The notes under the pieces are model-generated. The model was not told where the DNA came from and did not search any database. It saw only the letters and a list, made by a program, of their open reading frames with translations. The position numbers were made by a program, and so were the translations under genes. A DNA stretch of 64,000 bases from Takakia lepidozioides (Eukaryota > Plantae > Bryophyta). Of this stretch, positions 51,794 through 64,000 are shown one piece after another (the first letter of the stretch is position 1; every line of letters starts with the position of its first letter). The stretch spans positions 35,030,001-35,094,000 of the forward strand of contig CM060731.1 of assembly GCA_030704615.1 (NCBI GenBank), read 5' to 3'.

Positions 51794-52200
51794 TTAAGTG
51801 AGTTGATATTGTCCCATCACGATACGACTCTGTTGCAGCATCCAACAATTTAGTGCATGGCTGTCAGTAATAAGCATTGTGTGCACATTTGTTAGCCCAT
51901 CAGGTTTGCAAAACGGAGGGGATTCAAGATTCGGCGTCCACTCTGAAACCGGTAGTTTTGTGATTTTTTGGGTCAATGGATTGATTGTCCAATACTGGGA
52001 GGGAAACTGTTTGGTTGTGTAACAGATCAGGCCTCCACCCGTTGACTGCCATAGTATCCAGGCCCATTGCGTCCAAGTTGGGCATGGTGCCCCACTCCCT
52101 GGAGACAAAATTGAGACTGCACCCTCGCCGTTGGTTGGCTTTCACAGGTAGAACAAGGGCGAATACATCCAAAGTTTGAACACAGGATGCAGTCGTCTTC
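51794..52200 (-). pseudogene. F-box/kelch-associated-domain gene fragment
   Basis: Joining two frames gives SLNFVSREWGTMPNLDAMGLDTMAVNG/GGLICYTTKQFPSQYWTINPLTQKITKLP, which fits the plant F-box-associated pattern W..LP.L......A..GGL.C......NPLT.....LP. Frameshift near 52040. Confidence 0.55.
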
Positions 52201-52619
52201 AAGAAATATGGTGTGGATTCCCAAACCACAAGAATCCAAACCACATTTTGTTAGGTGCCAGGAACGAAGCTCGACCTGCCAAACAGTTCGGAGTGACGAG
52301 AGAATGCTAGAATATGGCCGAACTGACAGTTGCAGGTTAAGTGAAGCAAGCTCGGGAGCATGAAGATGGCCCAAGGCTAGGGATTTGGACGGCGGGGTGG
52401 ACTGGCAAGAAGGTTGGAGTAGAAGCGATGGTGTATAAGCGTTGAGCAGATCTGAATTGGGCAAAATAAGCCCAGTCACCATACCTCGTTGGTGCTTGCC
52501 TTGATCGAGTTTAGTATCGTGTCATTTGCCCATATGGTTTCTCCACACATCCATCAAGGACCACTTCAAGCATGCTCAATATTTTGTCCTTTTTGAGCTC
52601 CCATCAATTCTTATGTTGC

Positions 52620-55451
52620 CTCAACTGCATCCACTGTTCCTGCATTGCTCCCACTGGTTCTGTGTCCACTATTTCCTACATTGCTCCCACTGGTTCAGGT
52701 ACTTCCACTGAGTCCTCAAGATCATCTTACAGATCCATGATGGAGACTCCACTTTGAGTTTGCAATGACTGTGTTGTAGATGTGTATGATCCCTCATCAA
52801 ACACAACATCTCGGCTGATTATCACCTTCTTAGTGTCATTGTGCCAGAGCCGATATGCTTTGCTCTCAGTGCAATATCCTATGAATGCACATTTCTTGCA
52901 CTTAGGATCAAGTTTGGATCTCATCTGCTTTGGAATGTGAGAATAGGCATCTGATCCAAAAATCTTGAAGTGAACAACAGATGGTCTTGCTCCTGACCAT
53001 GCTTCGATCGGTGTCTTCCCATCCAGTAACCGTGTTCCTGCTCTATTCAGGATATAAGCACTCATTCCTCTGCCCAAAATTCCAGGCCAATATTGCTTGT
53101 ATGCAACATACTTCTTGTTGACTCCATGATGGTTCTATTTTCTCTCTCGGCAACAACGTTCTGCTATGGTGTATAAGGAGCTGTCGGCTCATGGCGGATT
53201 CCCTCTTTCTCACAAAGCTCTTTAAAAACTGAAGTCATAAACTCTCCCCCTCGGTCACTACGATCTATCTTGACATTGTTCTTTGTTTTATTGTTGTGTC
53301 TGCGTAAGGACCTTACGAAAGTGCTCTATGACTTCAGACTTCTTCTTCATGCATAATATCATTCTGTACCCTTAGAAATCATCTTTGAAAACTACATAAT
53401 ACCTTGACCCTCCGATGGAGTCTATTTTCATCGGTCCACACACATCCGTGTGTAAGAGATCTCCAGCTTTCTCAGCTTTTACTCTCTCATCATTGACAGG
53501 AAAGCTCTGTCTATGGCTCTTGCCATAGGCACATAGCATGATTTAGATGTCCCAAACGACAATGCCAGAGATGTAGATTGCTAGGGTTTGACTCACTCAA
53601 GAAAGCAATGCTCTCATTTTTGCCACTTAACAAACCCTTGTCGATACTCCTAGGAATAATGACCTTCAACTGCAGCTTATACAGTTTCCCTTCACTCAAA
53701 CCTACCATCACAATTCTTCCTCGTCTCTCATTGCAAATTAATTTGCAACTCTTTTGTTATAGGTAGTGACAATTCCCTTGTCTGTTGCCTGTCCGATTGA
53801 GAAATAGATTCTTTTTCGACTTAGGGACATACAAAGCCTTTGTAATCACTCCTCTCTCCCACCTGTCTCCAACAAGACTCAGAATCTCGATATCCCCAAC
53901 TCCCTCGACCCACACAGACTCATTGTCAGCGACCACGACTTCCCCTTAGCTATTGGTTCCAAACTCTTGAACTACTCTCTCTTATCGGTCATGTGCTCAC
54001 TTGCACTGCCATCAGCATACCAACAGTTACTCTCACCCATGGTAACTCTAGAAGATTGAGCCTCGTAAACAGTGTATTGACCTCTGGAGACATACTCTCC
54101 ACTTGATTTTCTTGACTTGTCTCTGCTCTGCTGCCTTCTTATCAGGACACTCGCGCTCCCCATGTCCTCTTCTGCGCTCCCCATGTCCTCTTCTTCCGCA
54201 ACCATTGCAATGAGTTCGTTTCTTCAATACTCGATTCTCCTTCTCTTTTCCTGACGTTCAATGAGTTAGTTTTTTTTTTCCCCTTGACGTTCAGCATACG
54301 TCAATCTTGGCTTACCATCACCGCTTCCGCTGCCGTTCATATTACCTGGCCGACCAACAAAAAAGGCCTTATCTCTTGCTTCATCAAATGATCCTCGATC
54401 TTTGTTCAGGGTTTCTTCTTTTAGCAGTTACGGTAAGTTTCTCGATGTATGCTCATCCTTCGGAACACTGTCTCACGGAACACTATCTCACGCTGAGATC
54501 ATGTGTCGGTATGAAGGAGGTAAACTGCAAATAATCTTGGTGATTACTGCTCGATCTGTTGTGGCCTCCCCAAGATCGTTAAGCTGGCAGCATGGACTCT
54601 ATGATGCTAATGTGTTCAGCTACATCATCACCATCACTCATCTTGTATTCAAAAAAAATCTGCTGTAGCATATGGATATTTTCGCTTGCACACTGCTCAT
54701 GAATGGTGATGAGACAACTCCATATCTATGCTGATGTCTTGCATGCAATGAGTTGCTGCATGCGCTTCTTGTCTACCGACCTGCAGATGTACAAAGAAGC
54801 AGAGTTATCTTTGTCATCCCACTCATCCTGATCCAAAGCTTCTTCTCTCAATTCTATTCCCTCAACAACACGTAAAAGCTTCTTTGCTCGGAATAGCACT
54901 TGCATTTGGAACTTCTATAGTTGGAAGTTATCTCCCAATGAACTTCTCAATATTCGTCACGTTCTTGGAATCTGTCTTCACTGATGCCATTTCTTCTAGC
55001 ACCCTTACTTCTTCAAAAAGAAAACCTCTCACACATCATTAAGCGATTGTGGGCCTATAACCTATTGAAAATACTGATTTCACTGCTTGCTCATAGCTGA
55101 TTACAGAGAAGCCAATAAGTTATGAAGAAGCTATCCAACACTATTGAAACACTTAGAAGTACGCGAATTATCAATCTACAAGGCAATCCATGGAATCAAT
55201 GATGCTCACTGATCTGTAAGTTGAACTACACCACGCTATGAACATACATAAAAACTAACTGAGAATCGTCAGCCACCAAAAAATACAAGTGCTACTAAGT
55301 GCGGGAGATCCAACTAGCTAGAGATTCAAAATGTGACTGACTGGCATCTGTGATTGTGACTGCTCGGTGGACTGCCACCTATTTGCTGACTATGACTATT
55401 CAACCAGCATGGTCCAGATGTCAATGACGGACTGGATCTTCGATTTCAACA
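52620..55451 (-). mobile_element. Ty1/copia LTR retrotransposon, 5' half only (LTR-PBS-gag-protease-integrase), pseudogenised
   Basis: 5' LTR 55063-55451 with TGTTGAAA...TTTCAATA ends. PBS GGTTATAGGCCC at 55051-55062. gag from ATG 54990. Protease WYADGSASEHM, pre-integrase LWHCRLGH, integrase RSDRGGE and RSKLDPK..FIGY..SKAYRLW..ISRDVVFDE. Many stops. No RT/RNaseH or 3' LTR in the window. Confidence 0.92.
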
Positions 55452-56970
55452 TTGAAGGCTATAAAGCGTTTGATCTAAATGTTTTGTTGTTTCTGATGGG
55501 TGAATAGCCATCTCCATCATTTTCAGTAGAGCGTTATACATAAGGTCAATATCTTATGTCTTCTTCAATCCATCACCACAAACGGTAATGTGGGTGTTGG
55601 AGGAATATTATTCAGTCTTCAGAAAAACCAAGAATATTCTCGTCAAGTACATTTGAGGCTCAAGCTAGTTCAGCTGCTTTAGTGTGTAGAATTAAAAGTG
55701 GCATGTACCGAGTCACCACACTAGCCCCTTGCAGATTAATTTTGTATAGGAAGAGGAAGATTTAACCTCCTTCTTGAAATAACCTATGGCATTGAGCGGG
55801 CAATGAGCTCCAAAGACACGACTGAATAATTCGTGAGTAACATAGCACTGGAAGGGTGGAGAAGAAACCTGCACCATGCAATGTTTTGGAAGGGAGTGAA
55901 GAGGGCAATGCGGTATTCAAGAATCCCGAATGCAGGCTGATGGCAATATTGAGTGCTCTATATATCCTGCAACTTGACTATCTACCGGTGGTTGAGGAAA
56001 ATGAGGGAGAATTAGAGTCTGTCACGATTCAACATTTTTCATCCATGGTGCTATATCTAGGCTGTTTAAAATGGAATGTTCACCCAAAATTGTGACACTC
56101 GAAGCTCTGAATTAGTTAGCTGGTAACACAAGAATTTGCACGAGTGGTCTGACCCCATAGCATTGCATTAATACAGTGCATCGCAGGTTGGCAATGAGAA
56201 TATTGTGGGTTTCCGATTGGGTGCACACGGGTCCTTTCATCATGCTATAAGATGGGTTTTCAGCTTGCTAAAGTACTGATATCAAGCTTGCATGCTAGTG
56301 TGGAGACAAATTACAACTTTAAGAGCTGACGCGAGTACCTTTATCACCGAGTTTGCAAGTATCACAAGTGAGCGAGAAGGTCTGGGGCCAAGAAAGAAAA
56401 GGACATTGTTTTCTCCGGTAACCTAGAAGCCACAGCGAAATACAAAAATAGGGAGTGTTTTGGATAAATGCCTGAGCTCGCTCGCGATATATATATTTTA
56501 AATTTCCTTGGAGTTGGGTGAAGGGAGGGCTAAGGGTTCTATATCTCTCCCCCGGTCCTGTTTTGTGAAGAAGAACGTATTTTGGGTCTTTTATACTCTT
56601 TGGCTCTTTCAATTCTGCAATCTATGAAGCAGTACTGTTCAGGACTCGTATCTTTCGTAAATAGAGGTGCAATCCTTAAAACATTTGCTTAACTTAGTGA
56701 GTATAATATGATGTAATATAAGTATAACATGAGGACAATATATGCTTGTACAACAAAAGCCAGATGAGGTTCATTTCATAATCATATAGATCTGCAGCTA
56801 CCAGGTGTTTATAAATGATTGTGGACTTGTAAGGACCAGACTAGTTGATGTATAGTGTAAGTCTAATCAATTCTAATCCTTATAAGCCCATGGAGGAAAG
56901 ACTCTTCAATGTGTGTGTAATTTCTCTCCTTCGCTTAAATATCATGGTGCATGCTGAGTGCAGTAACCAG

Positions 56971-57225
56971 TTTTCATCCATAGCCAAGAATGGCCTGTAT
57001 TCCATTCTAGTGGTATCAGTCTAGTCTCGGGCAGACTACGAAGATTGCAGAGTCGACCGGCCCAACTGGACCAGTACACCTGCAAGCAAGTTCTTTACTA
57101 ATTATGGAGTCAATGACTTTGGTATTGACTATTACTTTGTGGCTGACAATGAGTTCGCTTGCAAATCAGGAATGAAGTTCCACATCCCTCCGTCTTCCCC
57201 ATTGGAAAATTCTGAGCATTTCTAG
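56971..57225 (+). pseudogene. Phytocyanin/ENODL-like exon, pseudogenised
   Basis: After an AG at 56969-56970 it reads FIHSQEWPVFHS/VVSV*SRADYEDC...DYYFVADNEFACKSGMKFHIPP, with a 1-nt frameshift and a TAG at 57022. Paralogous to the 58549-59000 region. Confidence 0.7.
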
Positions 57226-57943
57226 TGGCCAGACACTCGTTATAATATAACATATACTTTATATGGCACACATAGATCACTGAACTTCCAGCTCACTTGT
57301 GAGGGTTTGCAGGAGATCACTTGGATTTTCGTTACTCTTGTTCTATCCCTGCTCTATCCGATTACCTGCAAGTAAAAGAGAGTGAGATGACGCCTACCAA
57401 ATTAGTTAGCCTAAATAAAATGCAAGTATTACTCCAATTGTCGGCTAATTGTCCAGCATAAGTCTAGAGGAATGTACTCATAAGACGAATGGAACTCTCG
57501 AGAATTTACTATTGCTATATAGTGCTCAGCAAGTGTCCAGACAGTTGGGATTCCGATATGATACCTTAACTTATAATCAGCATTGATAAAATATAATAGG
57601 TACTAGTCCATTAGAATAATTAGTTCAGATGCAAGTGAGATGCTACTGAATCTCTGCATGGTCCGATTCACGACTAGTTTGGTTTCATCATCGACATTGA
57701 TGTGTCTGGTCTCTCATATATATGAGCCTTGAAAAGTGAATACCTGGGCACTATTAATATAATCGGCAAGTAACCGGACAGAATTTGACCATCTTCAAAA
57801 AGAGTCGTTATAGTGATGACTCCAAAGTTTGCTACCCCAAGTATCAAATTGTTTCATCTGACGGTTCGCAGGTCCGAAACCTTGAAACTTATTGTTGTGA
57901 TGTTAATTTCCAGGACGATATAACTGAAGGGAACATCAGCTTC

Positions 57944-59510
57944 TTACCAACCATTAATCCCTAACCAAGAACTTAAGCCTGCATCAGGGATACAATGTAT
58001 TATCCGAGCTCCAATGAAGTATTCAGTTCGAGTTTGTAACTGATTGGAAAAGTGTTGCCAGGCGCGGACCAATAGGCACTTGCAACAGCGCAAAACCAAA
58101 CTGACACCAGTGAAGACTGGGATCGCAGGGACCGCATGGAAAACTGGCAAGAAAGAATTGATGTGAGGGAGGGAAAATGAGATAGTGAAGACAGGAACAT
58201 GATTGTACGTTTGCTCTAGGAGTCCATACGATGGGACTTACATAGGTGGACTAACCCTCTACTAACCAAGACAATTAATCAGTCAAGCAATTACAAGCTA
58301 AAACGTAGGATCAGTGCACATGCTATAACCACTACATATAGATAATTTTACCATATTCGTGTGAAAACCATATTTGTATGCAGATAGACATCAACCACGC
58401 ACCCTATCTTCTAAATCCTACTAGCGCTCCAATAATTAATTACTTTTAAGGAAACCTTCCAAAATGAAAATATAAGATCATGAACACTCCATGATTAATT
58501 ACAATATGATTGCTTTACTCAGTCAGAGGCCATACAGAGATTGTCAAATCACACTATGTTTGCAACCGCAACCCATTGTTGATAGAAATGCACTGATGGA
58601 GGCGGAGGCTCACTCCAACCGATAGCGTCGCCCACCGTCAGGGTTCTCCCCGGGGGATCAGGAATAGGAACAGGGACAGTTGAGACAAATGGAGGAACAA
58701 AGAACAACATTCCGATCTGACGCATTAACTTATCGTCAGCAATGAAGTAGTAGGTCGAACTATACTCAAAGAGTACGTAATTAATTGGGAGCGCTGTGGC
58801 AGGCGCTGTCCAAATGCCGTCTGTAATATCACATGTGTCGTAGGCCCGTTGATTAGAGAGAGAGAGAAAACTCTGGCTGAGGCCGGCGTAACTAAGAGCC
58901 ACTTCGCCTTGCGGCTACTGCCCCCCTTTCGAGGGTGGGCCTGTTGATTATAACTGGCCAGACTGACACAAGTATAGACCGGGGTCCTTGGTTCACCCAC
59001 GAGAGTGAGTTTGTATTCCTAAGAGAGTCCAGAGATCAAAGAGATGTGAGCTCATTTTTCTCCATGAGTCTATATTATCTGCTATAACCACTGTATACAT
59101 TGACAAATTCCCCTAATAATATTTCTGCGGAAGCCTGTGTACCAAGTCAACATCAGCTCCTCGCTTTATATCCTATATTCATAATGATCCACATAAGCAC
59201 ACCTTCCAAGCCATATCATGAGTGGTGCTTCAGAGATTGTAGAAAGAAATCTAGATTTATGCCATACATCCATACATAGATTGTTAAATCGCCTGATCTC
59301 AGAGGCGGTAGCCCATTCTTGAATGGAAATCTCGGATGTAGGCATGCTCCAACCATACTCGCCTCCCACTGTAAGATTTCTATAGCCAGGAACAGGAACC
59401 GCAAGCATGTTTCTAGTTGCTGCTGCAGGGCGCAACAGCATCAAGCAGGCCACGGCCAACTGCACCACTGCAGCCACAACTGTGACCTTGACCACTATCA
59501 GTACGGCCAT
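57944..59510 (-). pseudogene. Secreted tandem two-domain phytocyanin/ENODL-like gene, pseudogenised
   Basis: Exon 1 (59510-59276): signal peptide + LTVGGEYGWSMP..IQEWA..FNNL. Exon 2 (~59018-58536): PVYTCVSL..NQRAYDTC..YYFIAD..GM, a Pro-rich linker, then a second LTVGDAIGWSEP..YQQWV..*FDNL. Exon 3 from 58143: FHAVPAIPVFTGVSLV..EYFIG..HC. Disabled by the retroposon frameshift and a TGA at 58549. Confidence 0.78.
58856..58942 (-). mobile_element. 87-nt 3' end of the same (TC)n-tailed retroposon, inserted in a phytocyanin-like exon
   Basis: 8-bp TSD (GTTGATTA on the + strand) at 58848-58855 and 58943-58950. The sequence matches 40206-40303. Confidence 0.88.
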
Positions 59511-62169
59511 CTCTTCTTTGGTACCGTGCGTCTGCACCGGCGGAGAAAATCTGAGTCGCCACTGAAATCACTAGAGAAAGTAACTTGAGAGCAGTACCGC
59601 AGTGGCTGGATTATATCCTCGGGAGTCGTTGTGAAGAAGGTCGGGGAGTCTCAGACCGAGCGCTGGCTTCCATTTCCTCCACATCTTGATCTTGATATGT
59701 CGAGGTTGGCATGCGACGTCCCGACCGTCGGTGCTGGTGGACGTCCAATTGGCATCTGCACCGGGAAATGGTCGGACGGAATAGAATCGGTTGATAGCGC
59801 CATGCTTTTCAGAGGAATATACCATTCGGTTTGCAATCGAAGAATATTGGAAGACTTATAGCGTTATACCTTAGGGTTGTTAAATGGATGCAGTGCAGCT
59901 TTAATATTGATTGACATAAGGTTTTTTTAATTTTCTTTATTACGATGATAGTAGCCCTCAGAGAATCATATAAGAAGAAATTAGAATTCCTTATATAATA
60001 AAATTTAATGAGAAATGTGATGTTTTTGTTTTTCAAATTAGCTTGTTGCTGTTAAGTTAAATGGAGACACACAACACATTGTTGCATGCAAGAGGGTTTT
60101 GGGCCAGTGGTATGACTGCTGCAAATGGGTTGGGGGTTCAAACCCCTGTGGTACCTTCAAAGCTTTGAGGGCCTCTATAGCTCAGAAAGGGGGTTGATTT
60201 TCCCCATCAAAGCTCAGTGATCGAAAATTCCATGTCCATCGATTATTGAGTACAGCAAGTAGAAGAAGTAGATAGATCGAGGTTTCATGTCCTCAGTCTA
60301 GCTCTGTAGGAAGGTTTATCAGTGGTGCTTTTGGTTTTATGATTAGACAAGGTTCACAGGCTTGCTAACTTAGGATGTTGTCTAGTTTAGGCTTCCTGTG
60401 ATATGTTACCCAGAGCTCTTTGCTCTTCACAAGGTTATTTTGCTTAGTTATGATTTCACAAAAAGGTTTCCTCTTTTCCTTTTTTAAGAGTGTTCTTGCT
60501 CAATGGACCTAAGAGACAGGTGAATATTTACAGGTACATGCCAAATGTTCGTATCGTAGAGCAGCTGTCATGTTACCATACTGTTCCAGCGCAAAATGGA
60601 AACTTGGCTCACATTTCGCCAAATTTGGTATCAAACTAACTTTTTAAGTTTCAGAGAATTGAATTTGAAGCAAGTATCATAGATCCATCAAGAAAGAGAG
60701 CAATCACTCATTTTCTAATCTTGGATTCATGACCACTCGTTAAGGATTTTTCTGGCTTGGTGATCCAGGTTGGTGATCAATCATATCAATGAAGACTTGA
60801 AAGCCAGTCATATAGCCACTGTACCATTATTTAGTAAACCGAAGGAGGGGAAGATGAGTAAGCGAAAAGTGTATGCTCTCTGATCAAGGCCAGGACATGG
60901 AGCAGTTTTGCTATGGCCCAATTGCAAGACTCATAAAGCCTCTTCCGGTCGACCCTCCTTGGAGGAAGGTCTAGTTATATGTCGGAAGTTTCCGTGACTT
61001 ACCATTCACTTGCAGCACAGTCACACTCAAGCATGATGCAAGCCTGGCATCGCAGCTAAGAATAAATTGCCCAACCAACCACGCCCGCAAAATGAAAACC
61101 TCTTACACCAGCATATCAGTCCAAATTCGCATATAATGTATATAAGTAGGATAAGTGTTTATTTTTCTGGCGAAAAATCGCCAGATTTCGACCTGGAAAA
61201 TGGCCCGGTGAGCTTCTCGTACAAAGGGATTTGGGGAGTAAGAATCCAAAAATTCGACAGAAAGCGTAGTAGTTGAATATCAGGAGCCTGATTTTGCCTT
61301 GGTGGATTTGTTAATACATGCCACCTATTATATAGCCACTTTTCTAACCCTGCGGACCTCTCGTTACTCTTCAAGCCACATGGGTGTTAGGTATATATAT
61401 ATGTGACGCCAGCTGAAGCTAGCGGAAATAAGAGCCTGTTCCCTGTGTAAATAAGAGCCTCTTCCCTGTATGGGTACTGCCCACTTTGGGGGGTGGGCTC
61501 TATGGTTATGGGCGCTGAGTAGAATTTATATGTGGCCCCAACTTCCAAAACCAATGAACTATGATAAGAGTGGCTCATAATGTACACTGATTCCAATAGG
61601 TAAGATTTATTGCATAGTTTTCTAAATATCATTTTGTAAGTCTTAAAAATAAAATCTGTTGAGAAAATTTTCTCAGAATTCTGTATCTCGAAATAAACCC
61701 ATGTGCTCCCTCGATGGAGTGCCCTGTCTAGGTTGTGGTCAAATGTTTGCCCGTATCAGGAATCTTGTGATCAGTTGTTAACACGGTCATGTACCTACCC
61801 TATTAGTTGCTCGTTCTGCCCAGGCCTGACATTGGATTGGGACTCTTGGGAGCGTTTTGTTTATGGTTGCCTCATCCCCGGCTCTATACATGTATCCCAA
61901 TGACACTTTGAATAGAGGTACGCTTGTTGTTTATCCTTGGACCATCTTGCCCACTTGTGCATCTAACCGTGAGTGTGACGGTGACACATCAGCATCACAT
62001 CAAGACCCAGACGTATGTCGTGTCATGTCCAAATCAAACGTTACCATATATAATTCATGTTCATGTTTTATCTTTAGTAGACTATTTATATGGATACTGA
62101 GGTGGTGGATTGACCACGTGGATAAAATTTTATTATATTTAAAAACCCCCAAAAAATAAATATACATGG

Positions 62170-62704
62170 AACCACCAATATTGGCGGTCACAACATATCA
62201 ATTTTTTTAATATTGACGATCGTCCGCATATTTTCTTAAGGCAAAAATATGCAACCACCAATATGGATTTATAAATAAAATAAAATGCTGCGACCATGGT
62301 CGCATGCATTGTTTTTAAAAAAATGTTGCTACCACCGAATTGGCGGTCGCAGGCATTTAAGAATGAAAACAAATACGACGATCAGCAATAATTTCTGCGA
62401 TTGTATGAATATCGGCGGTCGCAAAGTTTTTTTTTTTTTTTCATTACTTACCTGCCTCCGCCACCGTGTCTGCTCAAGTAACACTTCTTTACTTTTGATT
62501 TTTTTTTTGGCTAATATATCCGCCAAACCGGCTTGACATAGATCACGTCAGCGTACGGTCTGACCAACAATGGTGAAGCTAAATGTTGGTGGTACCGCCA
62601 AAAATTTATCACCAGATGGATACCCAGACCCATTGTTTGTCATGTTGGTAATATTGGTAATTTCAAAAAAGTCAATATCCACCCAACACTTTCTTGGACT
62701 AGTG
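62170..62704. mobile_element. Probable CACTA (En/Spm) terminal remnant
   Basis: Ends ...TTCTTGGACTAGTG (reverse complement begins CACTAG), preceded by many GGCGGTCGCA / GCGACC / ACCACC subterminal-type repeats in both orientations. The partner end is not seen. Confidence 0.5.
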
Positions 62705-63298
62705 GGCCAAAAAATATTGCCCAGCTGGTGCAATACTACTTAGTCTGTTCCTCTGATAAGTGAATTAGCAGATGTTGCCTTACTCCTGCTAGCAGATTTT
62801 TCATGAGTTCAGGCTACTGAACCTACCCCCACCTTTGAATCTTAGTGCATGCACTTCAAGGCCCAATTCTTGTCACTGGTACGAGCAATGACAACTTAGC
62901 AAAGTCAATCTGGGATTGGGATTCAACTATTCCACGACATTGCAATATTGTGAGAGGGAGTAACTACCAAGTTAAGGTTGTCTTTGCAACTGGTCTTGTA
63001 GCCTTTGCAGCCTGCATATAGGTTCTGCTTTGGTGAAAAAGGAGATGTAGTTCTCCCACAGCCTGCACAGTTCCATGAGCAATAACAGGCTCCACTATAG
63101 CTGGTCCCAGATAAAATTATAACATGGTGGCAGTCTGAGTATGTAGTCCTGGTTGCAGGGATTTCAGGCTACCAGGGTATAATATGAGACTCAATCTGAA
63201 ATGCCAAGGTGTCTGTGTACAAGCAAGAATTCAGCTACAGGAAAATTTTGTTTTAATGTACATGCTGGCATGACATCACGCTACAAAGCCACTATGGT

Positions 63299-63532
63299 AG
63301 AGGTAGACTGTGACGCTAGAGATGAGAAATGGAGAGAGTAGCGATAGAGATCATCTCTTCCCTCTGCAGAATGTTTTCCAAACAGAAAAGAATATGAACC
63401 TAGAGGGGAGGGGAAGAGGTAGACTGTGACGCTAGAGATGAGAAATGGAGAGAGTAGCGATAGAGATCATCTCTTCCCTCTGCAGAATGTTTTCCAAACA
63501 GAAAAGAATATGAACCTAGAGGGGAGGGGAAG
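63299..63532. repeat. Perfect 116-bp tandem duplication
   Basis: AGAGGTAGACTGTGACGCTAG...CCTAGAGGGGAGGGGA is repeated identically at 63299 and 63415. Confidence 0.95.
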
Positions 63533-64000
63533 TCAAGCATCCCTCACCCTCATGTTCTTCAAACTTGACTTCCTTCCCACACTCATGTGGCAACAAAACC
63601 ACAAAGGTTAGTCTAAATTGTTAGGGTGTCTACCTGTAAAGGTCATCATATACTGCACTGAGGCATGCAAGAGCAGAGAATGTGAGACACATCTCTTCCT
63701 ACCTGAACTTGCAGGCCTTACCAAATGAGAAAGAGGTGCAGCAGTGCAGAGTTCAGGGTCATCACTTTTGAGCCCCTCAGCTGACCATCATGATCAGTCT
63801 TGCTGTGATTGTGCGGATGGGTGCTTTTGGGAAGTCTTAACCCATCGCTTGGGGTACCTAAGGCTGCCACTGTTATGAATTCCCCCACTACCAGGGGCAA
63901 CCCAGATCGAATCCTAGTCCATTTCATGTAAGCTCTCAGTCTCCATTGGGATTTGAAAGCTTACCTCATTCTGCTCCCCTAACCGTCCACCAACTGACCC

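Noticed and set aside
60480-61020. Protein-like decayed frame on the + strand
   Set aside because: Multiple stops and no identifiable family.

Overview
Eukaryotic land-plant genomic DNA. The spliced genes and the Copia primer type suggest a non-seed plant such as a bryophyte, but this is inference. Five intact intron-containing genes can be reconstructed by hand: CSLC xyloglucan glucan synthase (4254-7936, +), GH28 polygalacturonase (12937-16717, +), RPL34 (24358-25366, -), a 34-exon ECA3-type P2A Ca/Mn-ATPase head-to-head with RPL34 (26159-41347, +), and a single-domain PDIL5-1-like thioredoxin (42902-44934, +). The rest is a rich mobile-element landscape: two tRNA-derived SINE families, two non-autonomous hAT elements with shared TIRs and 8-bp TSDs, a decayed APE-RT LINE that does not look L1-like, a truncated Copia with a half-tRNA PBS, a probable CACTA end, and pseudogenes (F-box-type, phytocyanin-like). 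The most unusual signals are (i) a Crypton/DUF3504-type tyrosine-recombinase remnant at about 22.5-23.2 kb, (ii) a TSD-flanked, (TC)n-tailed retroposon with a conserved GNRA/loop-E 3' RNA structure, present twice and once frameshifting a gene, and (iii) the LINE, with a hairpin-packed leader and an internally duplicated ORF1.
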